A stretch of DNA of 64,000 nt from Eledone cirrhosa (taxonomy: Eukaryota), in the NCBI GenBank assembly GCA_964016885.1, contig OZ024740.1:40610001-40674000 (forward strand), given 5' to 3'. Positions 43,686 through 55,367 of the stretch are shown one piece after another. A program made the position numbers and the translations under genes. The stretch's first letter is position 1; every line of letters starts with the position of its first letter. The notes under the pieces were generated by a model. The model was not told the origin of the DNA. It saw nothing but the letters and a program-made list of their open reading frames with translations, and ran no database searches.

Positions 43686-46185
43686 TCAGGTGTAGTTTTG
43701 GCGTATTTCGGGAAGCATGAGTGTCTTAAAGGATGCAGTGTCTCGGCAGCTAACAATTGACGCAGGCAGTTTGTTCCATGTTTCAGCAACTCTGAGCGTG
43801 AAAAAATGTCTGCGAAAGTCATGGGAGCTGTGCTGTTTTCTTATCTTGTAGGCATGTCCACGTGTGTTAGACACATGGAGATCAAAGAGGCGCTCAGGGT
43901 TGCAGTTGGCGAGATGGTTAAAAACTTTGTGGGTATTCACCAAGTCCACTGCCAGACGTCGGAGCTTCAATGAATCCATGCCCAGGGAAGCAAGGCGTTC
44001 AGAGTATGGTAGGTGTCTGATGGAGGGTATGCGCTTGGTTGCACGTCTCTGAACAGTTTCCAGGAGGTCAATGTTCCGAGCAAGATAGGGGTTCCAGACT
44101 GATGATGCGAATTCCAAGTGTGGTCGCACCATAGCTGTATACAGTTTTAAATAGATGGCTGGAGAGCGGCTAACAAAGGTCTTGCTGAGTGATGCCAAGA
44201 CACCCTCGGCCTTCTTGACAATCTTAGAGACATGCTTTGTCCAATGCAAATCGTTGCTGACAGTAATGCCTAGGTCACGTTCACAAGAGGACTTTTTGAT
44301 GTCAGTGTTGTGGAGGGAGTATGTGGACGCTGGATTTTTCCTTCCAAAATGCATGGTGGTACACTTGTCCACAGCCAGCTTCAGTTGCCAGTCTGTGATC
44401 CATTGCTGCATTGTGTCCAGGTCTGATTGTAGGAAAGAGTTGTAAATTTCAGGATCAGTCCTTTTGATTTCAAGGTACAGCTTGATGTCATCTGCATATT
44501 TTAGTACCGTGGCATTCTGTAAGTTGGCATCTATGTCATTAATATATGCCACAAACAAAAGAGGACCAAGAACAGATCCCTGTGGTACACCAGATGACAT
44601 CTCATATGGTGAAGAATGCTGTCCTAGAACCGTGACTACTTCCCTTCGGCTGAGAATGAAGGATTTCAGCCAGTCGAAAAGATCATCCCTCACACCCATT
44701 GCAGAGAGTTTTGCCATAAGTCTTTTGTGTGGCACAGAATTAAAAGCCTTAGCAAAGTCAAGGTAAACAACATCCACCCATGAGCCGCTGTCAGTGATCC
44801 GGGTGATGTCCTCAAGGAACTCGATAAGCTGATCACAGCAGCTGGAGTTAGGGATAAATCCAAACTGTGATGGCCGGATGAGGCTGTGAGAGCTCCAGAA
44901 GTTCCAAAGTGTTTCTCTGACACAGGATTCCATCAGTTTGGCCATACAGCTAGTAAGACTGACTGGACGATAGTTGACAGGTGACATGCGGTTGCCCTTT
45001 TTGAACAGGGGAATGACACTGGCAGTTTTCCACTGCTCCGGAGTAGCACCATTGCTGAGACAGTATTGAAAGAAAAAAGAAAGCTGGCGCAAAAGGAAAT
45101 CCCCGCCACGTTTGAGAAGCAGGTATGTCACACCATCAAGACCAGGGGAGGCATAGTTGCGCTTATTCTTAAGGTGACGTCGCAACATTGCAGGTGTAAA
45201 TTCCATAGTTGTTATGGAATTTGATGTTAGAGATGGTGGAGATGGTACATTCTGGTTTTCAACAGTAAAAATACTTGCATAGCACTCAGCAATGAGTTCT
45301 GCGCATTCCTTGGGATCGTCAGTGATCTGGCTTGTGTGGGGATTGCGAAGAGGACCAACTGGAGAGTGAGGTCTCTGCTTTGAATGAACATATTTCCAGA
45401 ACACCTTACTGTCAGGATTGGTTGCGATGCACTGTTCAAATTCAAGCACTGCCTTCTTTGTCACTTGCTTGAGATGGTTAGAAGATTTATTCCGCTTTTT
45501 TCTGTTGGCATCTGATCTATGCAGTTTATATTCCCGTTCAGCGTTCCGACGTTCTTTCCTGGCAAGTCGGACTGCTGAAGTTTCCCAGATTGCACTTTTG
45601 GGGTGGTTATTTTTCCGCTTCCGTGGCACTGATGCTGCACACGCTATCCATATTGAGTCCAGGATGCTCTGGAGTATAGAGTTCACATCTCCAGAGTTAT
45701 ACATCTCATGCCAGTTTGGGCGCTGTAGCTCAGTGCAGTACAAGTTCCAATCCGCCCTCTTCCAATCAAAGCAAGCAGATTGGAGATGGCTCTGGTTTTT
45801 GTTGCTGCCCTCAAGTGCCAGATTGGCAATGATCATAGCATGATCAGAGTCGCCTAGAGGTTCCTCAGTAGTACAACTGATAACCACTTCAGGAATAGTG
45901 GTGAAGATCAGGTCCAAAGTGTTGTCACCTCTTGTTGGAGAGGTGACTACTTGTGACCAATTTGAGTCCAGCACTAGTTCAAGGAAATCGTTTGCACCAT
46001 GTGGCCAACGAAAGGTTTCCCAATCGATCTCAGGATGATTGAAGTCACCTGCAATAAACACATAAGTGGCTGTTTTCTTGGCAGCAACTCTGAGGATATC
46101 GCAAAGCTGTGTGTCCTGATGGTAGTTTGGGGGGCGATAAACAACACCAAGCAGAAGTGTTGACATGGTCATACGTATGTCACAG
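43686..46185 (-). CDS. LINE ORF2, main part (rest of APE plus reverse transcriptase)
   Basis: 828-aa ORF with YRPP, GDFNHPEIDW, LDLIF and SDH (APE) and NYRPVSLTS, QFGF, LDFAKAF, GVPQGSVLGPLLF and YADD (RT). Confidence 0.95.
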
Positions 46186-46518
46186 AAAAAAAAATTCTTC
46201 CTGTGATTCGTTCAAATCAACGCAAGGAATTACCGAAAAGTTTGAACGAACGTAGACCATCACACCACCACCACGGCGGTTAATGCGGTCCTTGCGGAAA
46301 AGGTTGTACCCAGTAATGGTGAAAACCCCATCACAGAGTAAGGAATGTGCCCATGTTTCCGTGACTGTGATGAAGTCAGGGTCGATGCTTCTGACGTAGG
46401 ATTCGAACAGATGTATCTTGTTGCATAAACTGCGAGCATTTAAGGACAACAATTTGTACCCTGCTCGCAGTCTATGATGGTGTGTAGAGGGTGGCAGGTT
46501 GTTCTGGTTTAGTTTCCC
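46186..46518 (-). CDS. LINE ORF2, N-terminal part (APE endonuclease motifs I-II), no ATG ahead of motif I
   Basis: LSLNARSL..K, ITVTETW and RKDR..RRGGGV motifs. The frame is open back into the ORF1 end (-1 frame) and shifts at the T9 run 46186-46194. Confidence 0.85.
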
Positions 46519-47909
46519 AGAGTTGTAGCAGTTTTTACATTGCCAGTTATTGTGGGTAGATCACACTCAGACCAGCTGGTATCTCTCTTCCACGTTTCAC
46601 CCGCCTTGACAAACCTCCAGATCTGCCCATCATCACGCAGACTGAAACTTTCATCTTGTGCTGAGTTCCGATTCAAGGAGGCTGCAGCACGTAGTTTTGG
46701 ACGTACATGGGGTGGTAGGCCTGGGCGTGTTCGGAAGGTAATCCGATTTTCACGCCCAGCTTTAGCAGAGGCCAGATGATATGAGGTTGCCTCTGCGGGG
46801 TCCGAGAAAGACAGCCTGATGAGTCTGGGTTTTGGACCAGGTCGACCAAGGCGGAGGGCACCCTTTGGGGGAACACAGCCTAGGTCTTTGGCCGAGCTGG
46901 CAGCAAATGCCTGAAGATCGGCCTTGTCCTCTGGTACCCCAATGGCAATCACTTCATGGGTAGCAGATTCCGCAGTCTTTTCAGTCTTTCCAGCAAGAGG
47001 TACAGGGAGATTCTTTAGCAAGGCATTCCGATAAGACCCCTCATTGTGGGGTCCTACCCAAATGCTTGCCTCTATTCCTGCAACTTCCCTTCTCAGAGCA
47101 GAAATCATTAGTTGCAGTTCCGCAAAATCTGTACTGGTCGGTTGTTGTTGTTGTTGTTGTTGCTGCTGCTGCTGTCGTTGTTGGTGATGATGTTCCTCCA
47201 CGGGAATGGCAGGGGAGGACACAGTCGCAGGTTGTTGCTGTTGTTGTTGTTGTTGGTGATGATGATGTTCCTCCACGGGAATGGCAGGGGAGGACACAGT
47301 CGCAGGTTGTTGCTGTTGTTGTTGTTGGTGATGATGATGTTCCTCCACGGGAATGGTAGGGGAAGACACAGTCACCAGTTGTTGGTGTCGAGATGTACTG
47401 GGAGTGGAAGACATGGGTTGTTGTTGTTTCTGATGTTCTCCCACAGGAATAACAGTAGAAGCCAGTGTCATAGGTTTTTGCCGTTGTTCAGTAACAGTGG
47501 TAGAGGAAGACACAGTCATTGGTTTTTGTTGTTGTTGTTGTTTTTCAATAACATTAATAACATTCGTGGAGGCAGGCACACAGGCCAGACACTGAAATGA
47601 CCAGGATTTTAGCTGGACCATCTCCCATATTCCATCCATCATAGCATTATGGTGTCTCTTTTTTTGGCCTGGGATCCTCCGGAAGCCTGTGGCGCATTGA
47701 AGGCAGACAGAGATGCGACAGGTTCCACATTCGACCCAGCGATTACGGAACGAGTTTTCGGGTTCCGCACAGATATGGCAGATGTGATTTTCTGGGCAAT
47801 GTTCTATCTTGGGACATCGGCCGGTTTTGTCGCATATTTCATCGATGGATATCACCATGGCAATTTTGTTATTTCTACCCATCCGTAGAAAAACACAGAA
47901 TGTAAACAA
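46509..47909 (-). CDS. LINE ORF1p: PHD-like zinc finger, His/Gln-rich repeats, coiled coil, RRM-like domain
   Basis: 466 aa. Cys motifs CHIC...CGTC...CLQC...CLAC; heptad stretch FAELQLMISALRREVAGIE; VIAIGVPE...LRLGR...PRLIRLSF motif typical of LINE ORF1 RRM-like domains. The true start may be a later ATG. Confidence 0.85.
   Translation of the reverse strand: MFTFCVFLRMGRNNKIAMVISIDEICDKTGRCPKIEHCPENHICHICAEPENSFRNRWVECGTCRISVCLQCATGFRRIPGQKKRHHNAMMDGIWEMVQLKSWSFQCLACVPASTNVINVIEKQQQQQKPMTVSSSTTVTEQRQKPMTLASTVIPVGEHQKQQQPMSSTPSTSRHQQLVTVSSPTIPVEEHHHHQQQQQQQPATVSSPAIPVEEHHHHQQQQQQQQPATVSSPAIPVEEHHHQQRQQQQQQQQQQQPTSTDFAELQLMISALRREVAGIEASIWVGPHNEGSYRNALLKNLPVPLAGKTEKTAESATHEVIAIGVPEDKADLQAFAASSAKDLGCVPPKGALRLGRPGPKPRLIRLSFSDPAEATSYHLASAKAGRENRITFRTRPGLPPHVRPKLRAAASLNRNSAQDESFSLRDDGQIWRFVKAGETWKRDTSWSECDLPTITGNVKTATTLGN
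47140..47375 (-). repeat. Coding minisatellite in ORF1 (~60-63 bp units, TVSSPAIPVEEHHHHQQQQ) with CAA/CAG runs
   Basis: ttcctccacgggaatgg recurs at ~47193, ~47268 and ~47340 separated by (GTT)n runs; more degenerate copies extend to ~47545. Confidence 0.9.
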
Positions 47910-48678
47910 TATAGGTTTAGCACACTTGATTACGATAGAAATAAAATGTCTGTTTTTTTGTGTATTTTGTTTCCGTTTTCCTAAATGTTGTGTGTGTACA
48001 GAAGAGTCTGAATTACATTACATGTAAACAAATAAATATGCTGCGTAAGTTAAATGAAACGTACTGTAGAAGGCAGTTGTTTATTAACAGCGAAATAAGG
48101 TTTTTTTTTTGTTTTTTTTTCCCCTGATACTGCTTCTTTATAGTAAACTTTCAGTAATATTTTTTTTTCCAAATTATTAACTTTCAGCTGCTAGTATATA
48201 TATATATAATTAAAAGGTGTATGTGGGTTAGAAGCGAGGTCAATGTTAAGAAATATTTTACCAATGTAAATTGGTAAAATTGGCCGGTATATTGTCTCAC
48301 ACGAAATAGTGTGGTTTCTTTTCACGTGTGTGTATATGCATATGGTATGTATCTGTATATAAATCTGTGTGTATATTGTTGTTTATATGTTTTGTGGAGT
48401 ACTTACTGCGATCCTTAAGGGACGTAGTGATTTGTTTTGTTTTTTTTTTCTTTTTTCCCCGTCCATGTCCACACGTGGTTTGTTGGCGAAAATCAAGTCA
48501 AATTATATATACTTCGTTAAGATAATTCTATCTTGAAACTGGTACTAGTTGTCAGGGAACAGTGAAAGTAATTGTGATAATGAATATTGTAATCCATCTG
48601 ACATGTGTTTAAAGGGCAGTTTTTGGTGAAAATATTATATTTTGTTCGGTCAAGACGTGGTCAAGCGACCTTCCTTGT

Positions 48679-48687
48679 CGCCATGTT
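48679..48687 (-). promoter_or_regulatory. YY1-like motif AACATGGCG at the LINE 5' end (possible internal promoter element)
   Basis: Matches AANATGGCG within a few nt of the 5' junction, a placement similar to the YY1 site of mammalian L1. Confidence 0.4.
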
Positions 48688-50630
48688 AACTTGAAGAGTT
48701 ATCTGATGGAAATATTCTACTTTGCCCTTTTCATGTCAGCATTATATCTGCCAAGGATAAAAAATTACACAAACACACACACATATGCAGTCAAAAAGGC
48801 TACATCAATTTTAATGCACAGAAAAGCAATTTCATGTTATATTAAAATTGTTTATCATTTTACATTCCATGTTCAAGTTATACTGACATTCACTAAAGTT
48901 GGAAAACAGTTTCATACCAGCACAATTTCAATCTTTCTGCCTTGAATCCACATCATTTCTCTAAACACTTTCCATTTTCAGTACCTAAACCTTTTCTGTG
49001 AAACAAATAGAGCATGTTTTCCGAAACACTACAAACTAGTTGAAAGGAAAGAATTCTTTCTTACACTACAATATTCAAATATATTATTTCAATAACAAAC
49101 CTACATGTATAATATAATACATATCAAGAGTCATTCTATACAGATAATATCTATACTACAAAGAGACACAAAATGTTTATGTTATAATTACAGAAGCATG
49201 TTATTTTAAGATGAAAATGTTTAATCTGAAACTAATTTACATCAATGAAAAATAGAAATTCACAATCACAGAATCAAAATTTATCATACATATTAATCAT
49301 GCAAGAAATGTGAAGTAAAAAAAAAATTAATTCACTAAAACAAATATTTAGCTTATCTTTGTTGGCTTTCATGTATTTTGTGTTATATTGTTGATCACAT
49401 CTGTCAAGAAACAAAATAGAGAGAAACACACACACACACACATACATATATATATTTTAAACATTCTTATAATGAATGTGAATTATATCTAAAATGTTAA
49501 GAATTATAACTTTCAAGTAGAAAACTGAAAAACACTTACAGGAAACTTTCAAACTACTCCAATTCCTTAAATGAGAATAATTTAGGAGAAAAACAATCTT
49601 ATAACCTACATACGTAGAAAAGAATTAGGAAATTTGTTTTTTTCACATATCTATCAAGGACATTATATAAAATATTTACTTTAACACACCAAAAGACCAA
49701 TAGTTAATAGAGAGGAAGGAAAAACATCTTAGCTTAGTGAACGGTTCTATCTGATCTCCTGTATGTCATCTTTACATCTGCTAATGATAGAAACTTACAT
49801 ACATAGCCAGAAAATAATAATATACTTAGAAGTCAATAATTTCACTGTTATATTGATATTATATATTATTTGGCATTCTGTATGTATTAGTTATTCACAC
49901 ATACTAATAGAAAAGAATTGATCATACCGCACAATTTCAATGCTTCTATCTTCAATCCATTGGATCTTGAAAAACTGCCATTATTATTGCCTAAATATTT
50001 TGGGTAAAACAAAGCATGTTTTCCTAAGCACTGCATCTTATATATCAACTGATAAGTAAAACTTGCTACTTACAGAGTAATATTCACCTTAGTTTTGTAT
50101 GCTGGAATTAAAGTGTTTACAAAACAAGCCAAAATTGATGATGTGCAACACATGACAACTACTAATTTGTCTTGTTAATTATATATATTACCATACCAAC
50201 ATTCTCATTACAGTGATATTATCAAAATCTTGAAACATAAGAAAATGCTATATACTAAATTGAAATTTCATTTCATTGTCTGAGTAAAATATTCAATTTA
50301 CAGAAAATTAACCTCAGAAGTTAAGAATAAAAAATTAAAAGATTTTATTATCTTACTGATAGTTGTATTTTCCTTTAATGTCGATCACATCTGCCAATAA
50401 ATGAAACACAGAAACACACACACAAACTCATTTTTAACACAAAGTTAAGCTAGGAAACACTTGTGAGAAATATATTCAAATCTAAAGAATTATGGTTTTT
50501 ATGTAGAAATTAGAATACACTTACATTAATTTTTCCAACTAGTCCAATACCTTAAATGAATCAGTTGTAGAGACAAAAAAAAATATCCATAACCTTTACA
50601 GTTATGTATTGACAATATATTCTGTATTTA

Positions 50631-50972
50631 TGGAGGCACATGGCTTAGTGGTTAGAGCATTGGCCTTGCAATCGAAAGGTTGTGAGTTCAATTCTCAGAC
50701 CGGGTGATGTGTTGTTTCCTTGAGCAAGACACTTTATTTCACATTGCTCCAGTTTACTCAGCTGTAGAAATGAGATGATAGGGACTGGGGTCCCTATCAT
50801 TCCACTGCAAAGTGGTCGTGGAGGTGCCACGGCAAAAAGCACCCAGCACTCACTGTAAATGAGGTTGGTGATAGGAAGGGCATCCAGCTGTAGAAATCAA
50901 GCCAGAATCAGTTTCCGTCCCACCCTTGCAAGCAGAGAAAAGTGGACGTTAATTGAAATGATGATGATGATG
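50631..50972 (+). mobile_element. Same SINE, same insertion site (copied with the array unit)
   Basis: Same sequence and flanks as 40948-41289. Confidence 0.92.
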
Positions 50973-53900
50973 ATTTACTAAACGATTACAAAACTATGGT
51001 TTAAATATTCCTTAAACTATCAATTTAACATTACAAAAGACCAACAGAAAATAGAAATGAAGATGTCTTATCTGATGGAAATATTCTACTTTGCCCTTTT
51101 CATGTCAGCATTATATCTGCCAAGGATAAAAAATTACACAAACACACACACATATGCAGTCAAAAAGGCTACATCAATTGTAATGCACAGAAAAGCAATT
51201 TCATGTTATATTAAAATTGTTTATCATTTTACATTCCATGTTCAAGTTATACTGACATTCACTAAAGTTGGAAAACAGTTTCATACCAGCACAATTTCAA
51301 TCTTTCTGCCTTGAATCCACATCATTTCTCTAAACACTTTCCATTTTCAGTACCTAAACCTTTTCTGTGAAACAAATAGAGCATGTTTTCCGAAACACTA
51401 CAAACTAGTTGAAAGGAAAGAATTCTTTCTTACACTACAATATTCAAATATATTATTTCAATAACAAACCTACATGTATAATATAATACATATCAAGAGT
51501 CATTCTATACAGATAATATCTATACTACAAAGAGACACAAAATGTTTATGTTATAATTACAGAAGCATGTTATTTTAAGATGAAAATGTTTAATCTGAAA
51601 CTAATTTACATCAATGAAAAATAGAAATTCACAATCACAGAATCAAAATTTATCATACATATTAATCATGCAAGAAATGTGAAGTAAAAAAAAAATTAAT
51701 TCACTAAAACAAATATTTAGCTTATCTTTGTTGGCTTTCATGTATTTTGTGTTATATTGTTGATCACATCTGTCAAGAAACACAATAGAGAGAAACACAC
51801 ACACACACACATACATATATATATTTTAAACATTCTTATAATGAATGTGAATTATATCTAAAATGTTAAGAATTATAACTTTCAAGTAGAAAACTGAAAA
51901 ACACTTACAGGAAACTTTCAAACTACTCCAATTCCTTAAATGAGAATAATTTAGGAGAAAAACAATCTTATAACCTACATACGTAGAAAAGAATTAGGAA
52001 ATTTGTTTTTTTCACATATCTATCAAGGACATTATATAAAATATTTACTTTAACACACCAAAAGACCAATAGTTAATAGAGAGGAAGGAAAAACATCTTA
52101 GCTTAGTGAACGGTTCTATCTGATCTCCTGTATGTCATCTTTACATCTGCTAATGATAGAAACTTACATACATAGCCAGAAAATAATAATATACTTAGAA
52201 GTCAATAATTTCACTGTTATATTGATATTATATATTATTTGGAATTCTGTATGTATTAGTTATTCACACATACTAATAGAAAAGAATTGATCATACCGCA
52301 CAATTTCAATGCTTCTATCTTCAATCCATTGGATCTTGAAAAACTGCCATTATTATTGCCTAAATATTTTGGGTAAAACAAAGCATGTTTTCCTAAGCAC
52401 TGCATCTTATATATCAACTGATAAGTAAAACTTGCTACTTACAGAGTAATATTCACCTTAGTTTTGTATGCTGGAATTAAAGTGTTTACAAAACAAGCCA
52501 AAATTGATGATGTGCAACACATGACAACTACTAATTTGTCTTGTTAATTATATATATTACCATACCAACATTCTCATTACAGTGATATTATCAAAATCTT
52601 GAAACATAAGAAAATGCTATATACTAAATTGAAATTTCATTTCATTGTGTGAGTAAAATATTCAATTTACAGAAAATTAACCTCAGAAGTTAAGAATAAA
52701 AAATTAAAAGATTTTATTATCTTACTGATAGTTGTATTTTCCTTTAATGTCGATCACATCTGCCAATAAATGAAACACAGAAACACACACACAAACTCAT
52801 TTTTAACACAAAGTTAAGCTAGGAAACACTTGTGAGAAATATATTCAAATCTAAAGAATTATGGTTTTTATGTAGAAATTAGAATACACTTACATTAATG
52901 TTTCCAACTAGTCCAATACCTTAAATGAATCAGTTGTAGAGACAAAAAAAAATATCCATAACCTTTACAGTTATGTATTGACAATATATTCTGTATTTAC
53001 TAAACGATTACAAAACTATGGTTTAAATATTCCTTAAACTATCAATTTAACATTACAAAAGACCAACAGAAAATAGAAATGAAGATGTCTTATCTGATGG
53101 AAATATTCTACTTTGCCCTTTTCATGTCAGCATTATATCTGCCAAGGATAAAAAATTACACAAACACACACACATATGCAGTCAAAAAGGCTACATCAAT
53201 TGTAATGCACAGAAAAGCAATTTCATGTTATATTAAAATTGTTTATCATATTACATTCCATGTTCAAGTTATACTGACATTCACTAAAGTTGGAAAACAG
53301 TTTCATACCTGCACAATTTCAATCTTTCTGCCTTGAATCCACATCATTTCTCTAAACACTTTCCATTTTCAGTACCTAAACCTTTTCTGTGAAACAAATA
53401 GAGCATGTTTTCCGAAACACTACAAACTAGTTGAAAGGAAAGAATTCTTTCTTACACTACAATATTCAAATATATTATTTCAACAACAAACCTACATGTA
53501 TAATATAATACATATCAAGAGTCATTCTATACAGATAATATCTATACTACAATGAGACACAAAATGTTTATGTTATAATTACAGAAGCATGTTATTTTAA
53601 GATGAAAATGTTTAATCTGAAACTAATTTACATCAATGAAAAATAGAAATTCACAATCACAGAATCAAAATTTATCATACATATTAATCATGCAAGAAAT
53701 GTGAAGTAAAAAAAAAATTAATTCACTAAAACAAATATTTAGCTTATCTTTGTTGGCTTTCATGTATTTTGTGTTATATTGTTGATCACATCTGTCAAGA
53801 AACAAAATAGAGAGAAACACACACACACACACACACATACATATATATATTTTAAACATTCTTATAATGAATGTGAATTATATCTAAAATGTTAAGAATT

Positions 53901-55025
53901 ATAACTTTCAAGTAGAAAACTGAAAAACACTTACAGGAAACTTTCAAACTACTCCAATTCCTTAAATGAGAATAATTTAGGAGAAAAACAATCTTATAAC
54001 CTACATACGTAGAAAAGAATTAGGAAATTTGTTTTTTTCACATATCTATCAAGGACATTATATAAAATATTTACTTTAACACACCAAAAGACCAATAGTT
54101 AATAGAGAAGAAGGAAAAACATCTTAGCTTAGTGAACGGTTCTATCTGATCTCCTGTATGTCATCTTTACATCTGCTAATGATAGAAACTTACATACATA
54201 GCCAGAAAATAATAATATACTTAGAAGTCAATAATTTCACTGTTATATTGATATTATATATTATTTGGCATTCTGTATGTATTAGTTATTCACACATACT
54301 AATAGAAAAGAATTGATCATACCGCACAATTTCAATGCTTCTATCTTCAATCCATTGGATCTTGAAAAACTGCCATTATTATTGCCTAAATATTTTGGGT
54401 AAAACAAAGCATGTTTTCCTAAGCACTGCATCTTATATATCAACTGATAAGTAAAACTTGCTACTTACAGAGTAATATTCACCTTAGTTTTGTATGCTGG
54501 AATTAAAGTGTTTACAAAACAAGCCAAAATTGATGATGTGCAACACATGACAACTACTAATTTGTCTTGTTAATTATATATATTACCATACCAACATTCT
54601 CATTACAGTGATATTATCAAAATCTTGAAACATAAGAAAATGCTATATACTAAATTGAAATTTCATTTCATTGTGTGAGTAAAATATTCAATTTACAGAA
54701 AATTAACCTCAGAAGTTAAGAATAAAAAATTAAAAGATTTTATTATCTTACTGATAGTTGTATTTTCCTTTAATGTCGATCACATCTGCCAATAAATGAA
54801 ACACAGAAACACACACACAAACTCATTTTTAACACAAAGTTAAGCTAGGAAACACTTGTGAGAAATATATTCAAATCTAAAGAATTATGGTTTTTATGTA
54901 GAAATTAGAATACACTTACATTAATTTTTCCAACTAGTCCAATACCTTAAATGAATCAGTTGTAGAGACAAAAAAAAATATCCATAACCTTTACAGTTAT
55001 GTATTGACAATATATTCTGTATTTA

Positions 55026-55367
55026 TGGAGGCACATGGCTTAGTGGTTAGAGCATTGGCCTTGCAATCGAAAGGTTGTGAGTTCAATTCTCAGACCGGGT
55101 GATGTGTTGTTTCCTTGAGCAAGACACTTTATTTCACATTGCTCCAGTTTACTCAGCTGTAGAAATGAGATGATAGGGACTGGGGTCCCTATCATTCCAC
55201 TGCAAAGTGGTCGTGGAGGTGCCACGGCAAAAAGCACCCAGCACTCACTGTAAATGAGGTTGGTGATAGGAAGGGCATCCAGCTGTAGAAATCAAGCCAG
55301 AATCAGTTTCCGTCCCACCCTTGCAAGCAGAGAAAAGTGGACGTTAATTGAAATGATGATGATGATG
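55026..55367 (+). mobile_element. Same SINE, same insertion site
   Basis: Same sequence and flanks as 40948-41289. Confidence 0.92.

Larger units (their letters stand above)
43403..48691 (-). mobile_element. Apparently full-length non-LTR retrotransposon (LINE), CR1 clade, ~5.3 kb
   Basis: Unique insertion in unit 22 (net +5292 bp). It has a ~780-nt 5'UTR, ORF1 with a PHD-like finger and ORF2 with APE and RT domains. The CR1-type C-terminus reads TRGH..K...FF..RV...WN.LP, and the 3' tail is (ATT)n (taataata at 43403-43424). Confidence 0.95.

Noticed and set aside
43454-48525. Many short overlapping ORFs within the LINE
   Set aside because: Antisense or alternate-frame shadows of ORF1, ORF2 and the UTRs (poly-L/V arises from the CAA repeats).
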